This document shows, piece after piece, positions 13,269-22,752 of a stretch of DNA of 64,000 bases. The notes beneath the pieces were generated by a model that had not been told where the DNA came from, searched no databases, and was given only the letters and a program-made list of their open reading frames with translations. The stretch covers positions 832,001 to 896,000 of the forward strand of contig CAWGHO010000003.1 of the NCBI GenBank assembly GCA_963822445.1, written 5' to 3'. The position numbers were made by a program, and so were the translations under genes. The stretch is from an uncultured Acidobacteriota bacterium (GTDB lineage Bacteria; Acidobacteriota; Thermoanaerobaculia; Gp7-AA8). How positions within the stretch are numbered: position 1 is the first letter of the stretch; every line of letters begins with the position of its first letter.

Positions 13269-14729
13269 CTAGAACAGCTCCGAAACGCGCCGGAAAATCT
13301 TTTCACCCGCCTTCGGAAATTCGTCGTTCGTTCCTTTGAAGCCGATGAGGATTCCGATGACGATCGAGTAGACCGCCAGGACGATCGTGGCGATGCGCAG
13401 GGGCCGGATCGAAACGCCGGTATTCGCGAGCCAGGTCAGACCGCGCTCGACGCAGACGATGGCCCCGACGGTGATCAGCAGCCAGAAGTCGAGCTCGTAC
13501 CGGGCCGTGACGAACCAGCAGGACGACAAGCCGAGAAGGACCAGCCAGCCACCCGCGATCGCGAGGAGCGCGGCGCGCGTCTCGACGTCTTTCGGCTCCT
13601 TGCGAAGGATCAGGATGATGGCGAACAGACTGCCGATGATCGTCAGCGGCGCGAGCGGCGCCAGGCCGCCGACCTCTTCGCTCCAGGAGTTGTACGCGAT
13701 GTCGACATCATCACCGAGCCGCTGCGGCGGGAGATCGACGAACGGGAACTCGCCGCCGATCTGCGGCGGCGCGAAGAGATAGAGGGACGACGTGTTCAGC
13801 AGGCGGAGCAGCTCGGGGCCGCTGCAGAGACCGCAGACGCGATGGTCGGCCATGTTCACCTGGGTGAGCTGGTAGCGATGGCCGAATTCGAACGGCTGCT
13901 GAAACCGCGCGTAGTTGTAGGCGAGGAGCGCGCCGCCGATGAACGCCAGGGGGATCGATGCGATGAGCGCGGACTTGATGGTGTGGTGCAGCCCTCCGGC
14001 TTGCACCACACCAATCAGCGCGATTGCCAGCAAAACGCCTACGTTCGGGCGGGCGGCGATGGAGAGTCCGAGCCAGATGCTCATCCAGATGAGCCGCGAG
14101 GTCGTCGGTGACGCGAGATAGCGCAGGAGCGACCAGGCCCAGGTCGCGGTCATGGCCATGCCGCACAGCGCGGCCACTTCGTACGTTCGCGAGAACACCA
14201 TGATGAACGGCACGACGTTGCCGAGACCGATCAGCAGGATCCACAGCGACAGAGGAACGTGACGCGCGGTCGTGCTCAGCGCGCGTCTGACGAACAGCAT
14301 CGCGAAGAGGAAGGCCCATGCCGCAAAGACCGTTGCGGCCAGTTGATCGCTCGGATACAGGCCGTACAGGAGGCGCACCGGCAGGTAGAAAAGGAGTGCG
14401 GGCAGCGGTGTGAAGTAGAGGTAGTACTTGCCGTTGAAGTAGCTCGCGTCCCAGAGGTACGGCACGTTGTTGGTCTTGCGCAGCTCGTAGTCCCAGGGGT
14501 TGGGCATCTCCATCAGAATGGGAACGGGCACATGGGCCATGTTCAACTGCCCCTGCCGGAATCCCTCGGCCAGCGCGGCGTAATACGCGTCGCCCGGCCG
14601 TCCGCCGAGGAGGTACCACGGTCTGCTTTTGAAGGCGAACTGACCGTACGTCGCAAAAAACGTGTAGACGAAGAGCACGAACAGAATCGCGGCGGGCACG
14701 CCGAGGCGAGCCAGTATTATTGACGGCAT
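13269..14729 (-). CDS. Polytopic membrane protein, probable GT-C glycosyltransferase
   Basis: About 12 hydrophobic helices; D.SY..GKYYLYF, ARP, YNYARF..PFEFG..Y, RY..DF; start uncertain (14699/14729/14753). Confidence 0.65.
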   Translation of the reverse strand: MPSIILARLGVPAAILFVLFVYTFFATYGQFAFKSRPWYLLGGRPGDAYYAALAEGFRQGQLNMAHVPVPILMEMPNPWDYELRKTNNVPYLWDASYFNGKYYLYFTPLPALLFYLPVRLLYGLYPSDQLAATVFAAWAFLFAMLFVRRALSTTARHVPLSLWILLIGLGNVVPFIMVFSRTYEVAALCGMAMTATWAWSLLRYLASPTTSRLIWMSIWLGLSIAARPNVGVLLAIALIGVVQAGGLHHTIKSALIASIPLAFIGGALLAYNYARFQQPFEFGHRYQLTQVNMADHRVCGLCSGPELLRLLNTSSLYLFAPPQIGGEFPFVDLPPQRLGDDVDIAYNSWSEEVGGLAPLAPLTIIGSLFAIILILRKEPKDVETRAALLAIAGGWLVLLGLSSCWFVTARYELDFWLLITVGAIVCVERGLTWLANTGVSIRPLRIATIVLAVYSIVIGILIGFKGTNDEFPKAGEKIFRRVSELF

Positions 14730-16257
14730 GCGCACGCGTCGTTCGTCAGTCATCGTTTGTTCGTTCGTCCTCCTGCTCGCCCTGGCCGGGTGCACGACCA
14801 CTCAGCCGCAGGCCGCGTCGAACCGCTTCAAGATCCTGCAGATCAACGACGTATACAAGATCGAAGGCCTGGAGGGAGGACAGAGCGGCGGTCTGGCCCG
14901 GCTGCGCACGCTGCGCAAGCATCTCGAATCCGACGGCACTCCCGTGCTCGTTCTGCATGCCGGCGATGCACTCTATCCGTCGGTGATGAGCAAGTACCTC
15001 GATGCGCGGCCGATGGTCGACGTCATGAACCTTCTCGATGGCGACGCGACGGCGTTCGATTCGAAACTGATCGTCACGCTCGGAAATCATGAGCTGGATA
15101 AGAGCACGCCGGATGTGCTGATCGGGCGGTTGCGCGAATCGGCATTCGAATGGGTGGCGACGAACACGGTCATCACCGCGCCGGATGCGCCGGCGATCAA
15201 GAAGACCATTCTCGTCGACACCGCCGGCACGCGCATCGGCTTGTTCGGCATCCTGTATCCGCTGGAGAAGTCGTACGCGCGCTCGTCGGATGTCATCACC
15301 GCGGCGCGTGTGGCGGTGGCCGCGCTGCATGAAGACGGCGCGCGCGTGGTCATCGCCATCACCCATCAGGACATGGGCGCGGACATCGACTTGGTGAAGA
15401 ACGTGCCCGGGATCGATCTGGTGATCGGCGGCCACGATCATCTCTTCATGCAGCAGCAGGTGAACGACACCTGGATCGCGAAGGCGGACGCGGACGCGAA
15501 GAGCGTGATCGTTTATGACGTGACCGTGCCGCAGAACGGCCCGATCCGCACGACGCCGCTGCGGGTCGTGCTCGATGCGACGGTGGCCAAGGATCCGGTG
15601 GTCGACACGTCCGTGCAGCGCTGGCTGGGCGAACTCTCGGCCAAGCTCGGTGGCAACGAGACCCTCGGCACGACGCGCAATCTGCTCGAAGGCGTCGAGC
15701 CCGCCGTCCGCGGCCGCGAAACCGCCCTCGGCAACCTTCTCGCCGACGTCGCGCGCGAGCAGATGCAGACCGACGTGGCGGTGATCAACGGCGGCAGCAT
15801 CCGCATCAACGACAACATCCCTCCCGGCCCGATCACGAAGTACGACATGGAGGGGATTTTCTATTACACGAACAAGCTCGTCGCCGTGCGCGTGAGCGGC
15901 GCGCAACTGCTGGACCTGCTGCGCAACTCCGTCTCGCGCGCCGATGCCGGCGACGGCCGCTTCCTGCAGGTCTCCGGCCTCCGCTTCGCCTACCAACCGC
16001 CCGACTTCGCCGTGAATCTTTCGGACGTGACCGTCGCTGGCCGACCTCTCGATCCGAACGCGACGTACACCGTGGCGCTCCTCGATTACATGTACGAGAA
16101 GGGCATCGAGGACGGCTACACCCTCTTCACCGACCCGAACCGCCCCGCAAAAGTGAATGTGGGGCGCGAGGCCGATTTCCGGACGGCGGTGGAGTCGTAC
16201 GTGCGGCGGGTGCGGGAGGTGGGGACGGGGGTTGAGGGACGGATTTTGCGGAGGTAG
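14728..16257 (+). CDS. Bifunctional metallophosphatase/5'-nucleotidase lipoprotein (UshA-like)
   Basis: Lipobox LAGC; INDVY, AGD, LGNHE, ITHQ, GGHDH; C-terminal ETALGNL.AD, NGGSIR, FLQVSG. Confidence 0.92.
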   Translation: MRTRRSSVIVCSFVLLLALAGCTTTQPQAASNRFKILQINDVYKIEGLEGGQSGGLARLRTLRKHLESDGTPVLVLHAGDALYPSVMSKYLDARPMVDVMNLLDGDATAFDSKLIVTLGNHELDKSTPDVLIGRLRESAFEWVATNTVITAPDAPAIKKTILVDTAGTRIGLFGILYPLEKSYARSSDVITAARVAVAALHEDGARVVIAITHQDMGADIDLVKNVPGIDLVIGGHDHLFMQQQVNDTWIAKADADAKSVIVYDVTVPQNGPIRTTPLRVVLDATVAKDPVVDTSVQRWLGELSAKLGGNETLGTTRNLLEGVEPAVRGRETALGNLLADVAREQMQTDVAVINGGSIRINDNIPPGPITKYDMEGIFYYTNKLVAVRVSGAQLLDLLRNSVSRADAGDGRFLQVSGLRFAYQPPDFAVNLSDVTVAGRPLDPNATYTVALLDYMYEKGIEDGYTLFTDPNRPAKVNVGREADFRTAVESYVRRVREVGTGVEGRILRR

Positions 16258-16275
16258 CCGCCGTCGTTCCATTGC

Positions 16276-16304
16276 TTGACCGGCACTCCGCTCAACGGTA
16301 CGTT
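16276..16304 (+). promoter_or_regulatory. Sigma70-type promoter of the Doc TA pair (leaderless)
   Basis: TTGACC (16276-81), 17 nt spacer, TACGTT (16299-304), ATG 6 nt downstream. Confidence 0.65.
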
Positions 16305-16310
16305 GACTTC

Positions 16311-16505
16311 ATGAAGACTCTCGAACTGCAAGTTCCTGACGAGGTTGCAGTGAAGGCCGAAGCAGTCGCGCAGAAGCATGGCGTGACGATCGAAGATCTT
16401 CTCCGTATGAGCCTCGACGAGAAACTCGACCGCGACGCCGAGCTCGAACAAGCGGTGAGCGAGGTCCTCGTTGAGAACGCGGAGCTCTACAAACGGCTGG
16501 CCTAA
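16311..16505 (+). CDS. Small DNA-binding antitoxin (ribbon-helix-helix-like)
   Basis: MKTLELQVPDE...A...GVT.EDLLR...VL.ENAELYKRLA; directly upstream of a Doc toxin. Confidence 0.8.
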   Translation: MKTLELQVPDEVAVKAEAVAQKHGVTIEDLLRMSLDEKLDRDAELEQAVSEVLVENAELYKRLA

Positions 16506-16895
16506 TTGCGGTCCCTTTCCGTAGAGGACATCCTTTACATCCATTCGCGAGTGATCGCGGATTCAGGTGGTTCTCATGGCCTTCGTGACCGCGGCGCGCT
16601 CGAGTCATCGGTAGCGCAACCACTTCAATCCTTTGACGACCGTGAACTTTATCCACATACGTTGGACAAGGCTGCGGCATTAGGGTTCTTCCTCGCTTCA
16701 AACCATCCGTTCATCGACGGCAACAAGCGGGTCGCCCACGCGGCTCTCGCGGTCACACTTCGTTTGAACGGGTATTTGCTCGTTGCGCCGGTCGATGAAC
16801 AGGAAGAGGTGATGTTGCGTCTCGCCTCTGGAGAGCTGACCCGTGAGGAGTTCTCAGAGTGGGTTACCGGTCACGCAGTCCGACGCGATCCCTGA
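16506..16895 (+). CDS. doc: Death-on-curing (Doc/Fic) family toxin
   Basis: G.RD.G.LES....P, KAA.L...L..NHPFIDGNKR; TTG start; locally lower GC. Confidence 0.9.
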   Translation: MRSLSVEDILYIHSRVIADSGGSHGLRDRGALESSVAQPLQSFDDRELYPHTLDKAAALGFFLASNHPFIDGNKRVAHAALAVTLRLNGYLLVAPVDEQEEVMLRLASGELTREEFSEWVTGHAVRRDP

Positions 16896-16901
16896 GGTTC
16901 G

Positions 16902-16952
16902 CGGGGCCGGCGAGACGCCGGCGATCCAGCCGCCGGGACGGCGGCGCTCCAC
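16902..16952 (-). repeat. GC-rich REP-like element (second copy at 32262)
   Basis: Reverse complement reads GTGGAGCGCCGCCGTCCCGGCGGCTGGATCGCCGGCGTCTCGCCGGC, nearly identical to 32262 onward. Confidence 0.85.
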
Positions 16953-16968
16953 TACAATCCGCGACCTC

Positions 16969-18192
16969 ATGTCTCTGGCCCGCAGCATCGCGTGGCGTTA
17001 TCTTCGCCGGCCCACTGACGCGCTCGTGTCGGCGGTCGGGCTGGTCTCGATCCTCGGCATGGTCATAGGTGTCATGGCGTTGGTCATCTCCATGGCCCTC
17101 ATGACGGGCTACCGCCGTGATTTGCAGCAGAAGCTCCTCGGCGGGAACGCCGAGGTGTTCGTTTACTCGCTCGGCGCGCCGATTACCAATCCCCAGCCGC
17201 TCCTTTCCCTTCTTCGCCGCGTCGACGGCGTTGCCGACGCGTCGCCGGTCCTGTATCAGCACGCGGTCATCACCACGGAGACGAATGCCACTGGTTCCGA
17301 GGTCATGCTCAAGGGGATCGATCCGGCGCGGGGGAAGTCCTCGCCGATGCTGGCGAAGATCGTCGGCCCGACGGGGCGTTTCGAGAATGGCGAAGGCGGG
17401 GTGGGCGTGACCGTGGGCAAGTACCTCGCGTCGAAGCTCGGAGTGAAGAAGGGGGACGCGCTCAGCGTGACCGTTGCCGCGAGCGGCGAGGGCGGCATGA
17501 TGCCGCGACAGGCGACCTTCCTCGTCACGAACGTCTTCGACACCGGCTTCTACGAGTTCGACGCGAAGTGGATGTTCACCGAGCTCGGCGAGGCCCAGCG
17601 CCTCACGGGCATCGAGAGCGTGGCCAACGTCGTCGAGGTGAAGCTGATGCCCGGCGCGGACGTGGACAAAGTCGTCAAGACCATCGAGAAACAGACCGGC
17701 GGCGACTTCGCGGTCACCGACTGGCGGGACACGAACCGCCAGCTCTTCTCCATGCTCCAGATCCAGCAGCTGGTGCTGTTCCTGGTCATCGGCCTGATCG
17801 TGTTCGTCTCGACGTTCAACATCGTCTCCACGCTGATCATGACCGTGCAGGAAAAGCGTCGCGAGGTCGGCATCCTCACTTCGATGGGCGCCGAACCGAA
17901 GACCGTGCGCTGGATCTTCATCTGGTACGGGACGATGGTCGGCGTCGCCGGCACGGCAAGCGGAATCCTCCTCGGATCGCTGATCTGCTGGGTGATCACG
18001 CGGTACGAGCTGGTGTCGTTCCCGCCGGAGATCGCCGAGGTTTATTTCGTTTCTTCGATTCCGTTCGTGACGCGGCCTCTGGAACTGGCGGCCATCGCCA
18101 CGTTCTCGATCGCCGTCTCGTTCTTCGCCACGATTCTGCCGAGCATGCGCGCGGCGCGGCTCAATCCGATCGAAGCGTTGCGCTACGAGTAG
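16969..18192 (+). CDS. Lipoprotein-releasing ABC permease (LolC/LolE family)
   Basis: IAWRYL, GV.AL..SMA.MTG, FDTGFYEFD, FNIVSTLIM.V.EK.REVGIL..MGA, P.EALRYE. Confidence 0.9.
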   Translation: MSLARSIAWRYLRRPTDALVSAVGLVSILGMVIGVMALVISMALMTGYRRDLQQKLLGGNAEVFVYSLGAPITNPQPLLSLLRRVDGVADASPVLYQHAVITTETNATGSEVMLKGIDPARGKSSPMLAKIVGPTGRFENGEGGVGVTVGKYLASKLGVKKGDALSVTVAASGEGGMMPRQATFLVTNVFDTGFYEFDAKWMFTELGEAQRLTGIESVANVVEVKLMPGADVDKVVKTIEKQTGGDFAVTDWRDTNRQLFSMLQIQQLVLFLVIGLIVFVSTFNIVSTLIMTVQEKRREVGILTSMGAEPKTVRWIFIWYGTMVGVAGTASGILLGSLICWVITRYELVSFPPEIAEVYFVSSIPFVTRPLELAAIATFSIAVSFFATILPSMRAARLNPIEALRYE

Positions 18193-18198
18193 CTGGAT

Positions 18199-18957
18199 CT
18201 ACCAGCGATCCGAGGCTCCGCCGCCGCCGCCACTTCCTCCGCCTCCGCTGAAGCCGGACGACGAAGAAGACGAGGACGACGAGCCGGAACGCGAGCCTCC
18301 GTCGCGGCCGAGCTTCCAGTCGCCGACGATGAAGACGCGGTAGAGCATGTAGAAGATCAAGGTGAAAAAAACGATCCCGAAGATCGTCGCGGGGATGATC
18401 AGCTCTTTCTCGCGCTCCGCGATCTCATCGGCGCGCAGCTGAATCGCGGCCGCACGGTCGGCCTGTTCCTGCGCCGGATCGTACGGTTTGGGAGGAGCGA
18501 GCGCGGCGATGATCGCGGACGTTCCCAACTCCGCGGCGCTCGCGTAATCGGCCACCTGGAGCGAGGGACGAAGGTCGACGAGAATCCGCTTGGAGAGCGC
18601 GTCGGTGAGCACGCCTTCGAGGCCGTACCCGACTTCGATCCGCGACTGCCGGTCCTCGATGAAGAAAAAGAGGATCGCCCCGTTGTCCTTCTTCTCCTGC
18701 CCGATGCGCCACGTGCGGATGGCCTCGGCACCCATCTCCTCGAGCGTCGTTCCGGCGGGCACCCGCCGGTCGACGTAGACGATGAGCTGATTGCCGGTGT
18801 CGCGCTCGTGCTGCGCGAGCGTCTCGTTCAGGGAGATCTCACGCGCATCGGGGATCGCCCCGGCCGCATCGGTCACGTACTGCACCGGCGCCTGCGGCAG
18901 AGGAACATTCGCCAGTAGCAGGAGCGCTACCGGGAGCGCGAGAAGAATGCGGGGCAT
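18199..18957 (-). CDS. TPM domain protein (YgcG-like) with Gly/Ser-rich tail
   Basis: YVTD.AG, W.IG...KDNG......EDR..RIEVGYGLEG.LTD; TM helix; FSGGGGSGGGGGASDRW. Confidence 0.9.
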   Translation of the reverse strand: MPRILLALPVALLLLANVPLPQAPVQYVTDAAGAIPDAREISLNETLAQHERDTGNQLIVYVDRRVPAGTTLEEMGAEAIRTWRIGQEKKDNGAILFFFIEDRQSRIEVGYGLEGVLTDALSKRILVDLRPSLQVADYASAAELGTSAIIAALAPPKPYDPAQEQADRAAAIQLRADEIAEREKELIIPATIFGIVFFTLIFYMLYRVFIVGDWKLGRDGGSRSGSSSSSSSSSGFSGGGGSGGGGGASDRW

Positions 18958-18995
18958 GGCCACGGATGATACGCCGCTATAATCCGCGCCGGTTC

Positions 18996-20099
18996 ATGCC
19001 TCCATCACGACTCGTTCTCGAAGACGGCACGGCGTACGAAGGCGAGTCGTTCGGCTCGCCGGCGGACACCATCGGCGAAGTCGTCTTCAACACCTCCCTC
19101 ACCGGCTACCAGGAGATTGCGACCGATCCTTCCTACCGGTTCCAGATCGTGGTGATGACCTATCCCCACATCGGCAACTACGGCGTGGAGAAGCAGGTCG
19201 CGCAGAGCGAAGAGCCGCAGGTCGCCGGGTTCGTCGTGCGCGACGCGGTCGCCGAGCCGTCGAACGCCCACTCGCAGATGTCCCTCGGCGATTACTTCGC
19301 CAACAACAAAATCTCCGCGATCGCTGGCGTCGACACCCGCGCGCTGACGCGCAAGATCCGCAACGAGGGGGCGATGCGGGGGATGATCACCAGCGATGCG
19401 AACCGGTCGATTGATTCGATTGTCGCCGAGCTTCGCCAGGCACCTTCGATGGCCGGCCTCGATCTCGTGCAGCGCGTCACCGCGCTTCGCCCGTATCCCT
19501 TCGACGAACATCCCGCCGAGAAAAAATTGTCCGTTGCGGTCTACGACTTCGGCGTGAAGCGGGACATCCTCCGCCAGCTCACCAGCGTCGGCTGCGACGT
19601 GACCGTCTATCCGGCCACGACCCACGCCGATGAGCTCCTCTCCCGCAACTACGACGGCGTGCTGCTGTCGAATGGCCCCGGCGATCCCGAGCCCGTGACG
19701 TACGCGCAGGAGAACATCCGCCATCTCGTGGGCAAGGTCCCGATCTTCGGCATCTGCCTCGGCCATCAGCTCCTCGGCCTGGCCCTCGGCGGCAAGACGT
19801 ACAAGCTGAAATTCGGACATCGCGGCGGCAATCATCCGGTCAAGGACCTGCGCACCGGCCGCGTGGAGATCACCGCGCAGAATCACGGCTTCTCCGTCGA
19901 TCCCGATTCGCTGAGCGAGAACACCGTCGAGTACACGCACATCAATCTCAACGATCAGACCCTGGAAGGCTTCCGCCACCGCAGCGAGCCGGCCATGGCC
20001 GTGCAGTACCACCCCGAATCGGCTCCGGGACCGCATGACTCCTTCTATCTCTTCGGCGATTTCGTCCGGATGATGGAGGAATGGCGCGGTAAGAAATGA
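18996..20099 (+). CDS. carA: Carbamoyl-phosphate synthase small subunit
   Basis: GEVVFNT..TGYQE..TDPSY, SNGPGDP, GICLGHQ, QNHGF, QYHPE. Confidence 0.97.
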   Translation: MPPSRLVLEDGTAYEGESFGSPADTIGEVVFNTSLTGYQEIATDPSYRFQIVVMTYPHIGNYGVEKQVAQSEEPQVAGFVVRDAVAEPSNAHSQMSLGDYFANNKISAIAGVDTRALTRKIRNEGAMRGMITSDANRSIDSIVAELRQAPSMAGLDLVQRVTALRPYPFDEHPAEKKLSVAVYDFGVKRDILRQLTSVGCDVTVYPATTHADELLSRNYDGVLLSNGPGDPEPVTYAQENIRHLVGKVPIFGICLGHQLLGLALGGKTYKLKFGHRGGNHPVKDLRTGRVEITAQNHGFSVDPDSLSENTVEYTHINLNDQTLEGFRHRSEPAMAVQYHPESAPGPHDSFYLFGDFVRMMEEWRGKK

Positions 20100-20401
20100 G
20101 AGTGCTGGACGTCATCTTCTGGGTGTTCGCGGGAGGGGTCGTCCTGTTCATCGTCGTCAACTGGCTGCGGATGCTGCTTCTCGACGATCTGTTTGCGCGT
20201 CGCGGCCGGAGGAGGATGTCGGCCGCGGGCGGATTCGCGGACAACGGGGTGAGCTCGTTCTCGTCGGACCTCTCTTCTTCAGGCAGCGACAGCACTGGTG
20301 AAGCCGGTGGAAACGATTCGGGCGGCGGCGAATCGGGCGGCGGCGATTTCAGCGGCGGCGGCGGCGAATCGGGTGGCGGCGGATCGAGCGGAGGCTGGTA
20401 A
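20096..20401 (+). CDS. Small membrane protein with Gly/Ser-rich tail
   Basis: ATGA overlap with carA; one TM helix; ends DFSGGGGESGGGGSSGGW. Confidence 0.7.
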   Translation: MRVLDVIFWVFAGGVVLFIVVNWLRMLLLDDLFARRGRRRMSAAGGFADNGVSSFSSDLSSSGSDSTGEAGGNDSGGGESGGGDFSGGGGESGGGGSSGGW

Positions 20402-20766
20402 TGGCCGTCACCGCGCTACATCACGTGCAGCTGGCGATGCCTCCAGATCGTGAGGACGAGGCCCGTGCGTTCTACATCGGCGTCCTCGGATTCACGGAGA
20501 CTCCGAAGCCGGCAAACCTGGTGACGCGCGGAGGTCTCTGGCTCCAGTCGGGAACCGCGGACGTGCACCTCGGCGTGGAACAGGATTTTCGTCCGGCGAA
20601 GAAAGCGCATCCCGCGCTGCTGGTCGACGATCTGGAAGCGATCCGGCGCGCGTGCGAGGCATCAGGCTCGATGCTCACGATCGACGAGCCGCTGGAAGGC
20701 TACGACCGCGCGTATGTCGCCGATCCGTTCGGCAATCGCATCGAGCTACTGCAGCCACTCCCGTAA
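20401..20766 (+). CDS. VOC/glyoxalase family protein
   Basis: LHHVQLA, ARAFY..VLG, VHLGVE, HPAL.V, DPFGNRIE. Confidence 0.92.
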   Translation: MAVTALHHVQLAMPPDREDEARAFYIGVLGFTETPKPANLVTRGGLWLQSGTADVHLGVEQDFRPAKKAHPALLVDDLEAIRRACEASGSMLTIDEPLEGYDRAYVADPFGNRIELLQPLP

Positions 20767-21120
20767 CGCGGCGTGCAGCTCCGCCGGATCGACGCCCGGC
20801 GGATTAATCGGATAGCGCGAGCCATTCAGCACATCCATGGCCACGCCACGCTCGGTGATGACCACGCTGGTGATGTTTGCGCGCAGCACGGCGTAGCTTC
20901 GGAAGAACGTGCGGAGGATCAGGCGGTCAGGGAGGATCTCGAGCTCGCGGACTTCCGTGCGCAGACCGGCGAACGCGCCGGCGATGAAGGTGAGCGGGAG
21001 CAGCACGCCGATGATCGTCTCGCGCAGGAAGAAAACGGCCGCGGCGAGTCCGCAGAAGCCGATCAGCAGCAGTGCGAGCGCGGCGACCTCCGCGACCGGC
21101 CGCTGCTCGCCGAATCGCAC
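20746..21120 (-). CDS. Hypothetical membrane protein (2 TM helices plus possible PH-like domain)
   Basis: GTG overlaps the mutase stop (TAGTG); two hydrophobic helices followed by a beta-rich segment. Confidence 0.65.
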   Translation of the reverse strand: MRFGEQRPVAEVAALALLLIGFCGLAAAVFFLRETIIGVLLPLTFIAGAFAGLRTEVRELEILPDRLILRTFFRSYAVLRANITSVVITERGVAMDVLNGSRYPINPPGVDPAELHAALREWLQ

Positions 21121-22679
21121 TAGAAATTCTGCTCCGTGTGCTCGCCGAAGGTCTTCTTCAGCGTCCCCACGATCTCGCCGATCGTGCATTCGTTGCGCAC
21201 GGCGTCGACGATCAGCGGCATGAGGTTCTCGCTCGAGCGCGCGGCCGTATCGAGAGCCTCCAGTGCGCGCTGCCAGTCGCGCGTTCGCGACTCGCGGAAC
21301 GCCTGCAGGCGAGCCACCTGATCGCGCTCCACGCTCTCCTCGATGACCATCGTCGGCAGCGCGATCTGATCCGCTTCGATGAACTCATTCACGCCGACGA
21401 CGATGGCCTGCTTTTCTTCGAGCGCGCGCTGGGCTATGTAGGCGGAGTCGCCGATCTCGTGCTGCATGAATCCTGATTCGATGGCCGCTTTCGCTCCGCC
21501 CATCGCGTCGATCTTCTCGATGAGCGCGCGGGCCTCGCGCTCGATGTCGAGCGTCATCGCTTCGACGGCGTAGGAGCCGGCCAGCGGATCGGCGGTCGTA
21601 GCCACGCCGCTTTCATGGGCGAGGATCTGCTGCGTGCGCAAGGCGATCTTCACCGACTCCTCCGTCGGCAGCGCCAGCGCTTCATCGCGGCTGTTCGTGT
21701 GCAGCGACTGGCAGCCGCCCAGCACCGCGGCCATGGCCTGGTAGGCGACCCGGATCACGTTGTTCTCCGGCTGCTGCGCGGTCAGCGTCGAGCCGGCGGT
21801 CTGCGCATGAAAGCGTAGCGCCAGCGAGCGGGCATCCTTCGGCGCGTAACGCTCCTTCATCAGCGTCGCCCAGAGCTTGCGCGCGGCGCGGAACTTCGCG
21901 ACCTCTTCCAGAAAATCGTTGTGGGCGTTGAAGAAGAACGAAATGCGCGGCGCGAAGGTATCGACGTCCAGCCCTCGCTCGACTGCCGCCTGCACGTACT
22001 GCAGGCCGTTCGCGATCGTGAACGCCACCTCCTGCACCGCCGTCGATCCGGCTTCGCGGATGTGGTAGCCGGAGACGGAGATCGTGTTCCAGCGCGGGAC
22101 GTGTTTCGCGCAGAACTCGAAGATGTCCGTGACGATGCGCAGGGAAGGGGTGGGCGGGAAGATGTACGTGCCCCTGGCCGCGTACTCCTTGAGGATGTCG
22201 TTCTGAATCGTGCCGCTGAGCTTCGACCAGTCGGTGCCGCGCCGCTCTGCGACGACGAGCAGCAGCGCGAGGAGGATCGATGCCGGCGCGTTGATGGTCA
22301 TCGAGATCGACACTTCGTCGAGCGGAATCGCATCGAGCAGCGTTTCCATGTCGGCGATCGAATCGATGGCCACGCCGACCTTGCCCACTTCACCGCGGGC
22401 GCGTTTGTCGTCGGAGTCCATGCCGATCTGGGTCGGCAGATCGAAGGCCACGGAGAGTCCGGTCGTGCCGCGCTCGAGGAGATAGCGGTAGCGGCGGTTC
22501 GACTCCGCGGCCGTGGAGAAGCCGGCGTACTGCCGCATCGTCCAGAGCTTGCCGCGGTACATCGATTTCTGCGGACCGCGCGTAAATGGAAACTGTCCCG
22601 GCTCGGCCACGTCGCGCTCGGCGTCAAAGGCGCGATCGGCAAGATCCCGGGGCGTAAAAAGAGGTGAGCGGTCCGTCAC
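21120..22679 (-). CDS. Methylmalonyl-CoA mutase family, substrate-binding (large) subunit
   Basis: [49 protein letters not shown]; no B12-binding domain. Confidence 0.95.
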   Translation of the reverse strand: MTDRSPLFTPRDLADRAFDAERDVAEPGQFPFTRGPQKSMYRGKLWTMRQYAGFSTAAESNRRYRYLLERGTTGLSVAFDLPTQIGMDSDDKRARGEVGKVGVAIDSIADMETLLDAIPLDEVSISMTINAPASILLALLLVVAERRGTDWSKLSGTIQNDILKEYAARGTYIFPPTPSLRIVTDIFEFCAKHVPRWNTISVSGYHIREAGSTAVQEVAFTIANGLQYVQAAVERGLDVDTFAPRISFFFNAHNDFLEEVAKFRAARKLWATLMKERYAPKDARSLALRFHAQTAGSTLTAQQPENNVIRVAYQAMAAVLGGCQSLHTNSRDEALALPTEESVKIALRTQQILAHESGVATTADPLAGSYAVEAMTLDIEREARALIEKIDAMGGAKAAIESGFMQHEIGDSAYIAQRALEEKQAIVVGVNEFIEADQIALPTMVIEESVERDQVARLQAFRESRTRDWQRALEALDTAARSSENLMPLIVDAVRNECTIGEIVGTLKKTFGEHTEQNF

Positions 22680-22752
22680 GGCGGCGTAGTTTATTCATGA
22701 ATCGGGCTCCCAGCCATTTACTTGGGAGCCGAAAAGTCCCATATTGGTCGCC

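Noticed and set aside
21120-22679. Mutase lacking its B12-binding domain as a pseudogene
   Set aside because: Split large/small-subunit acyl-CoA mutases are common, and the ORF is intact.
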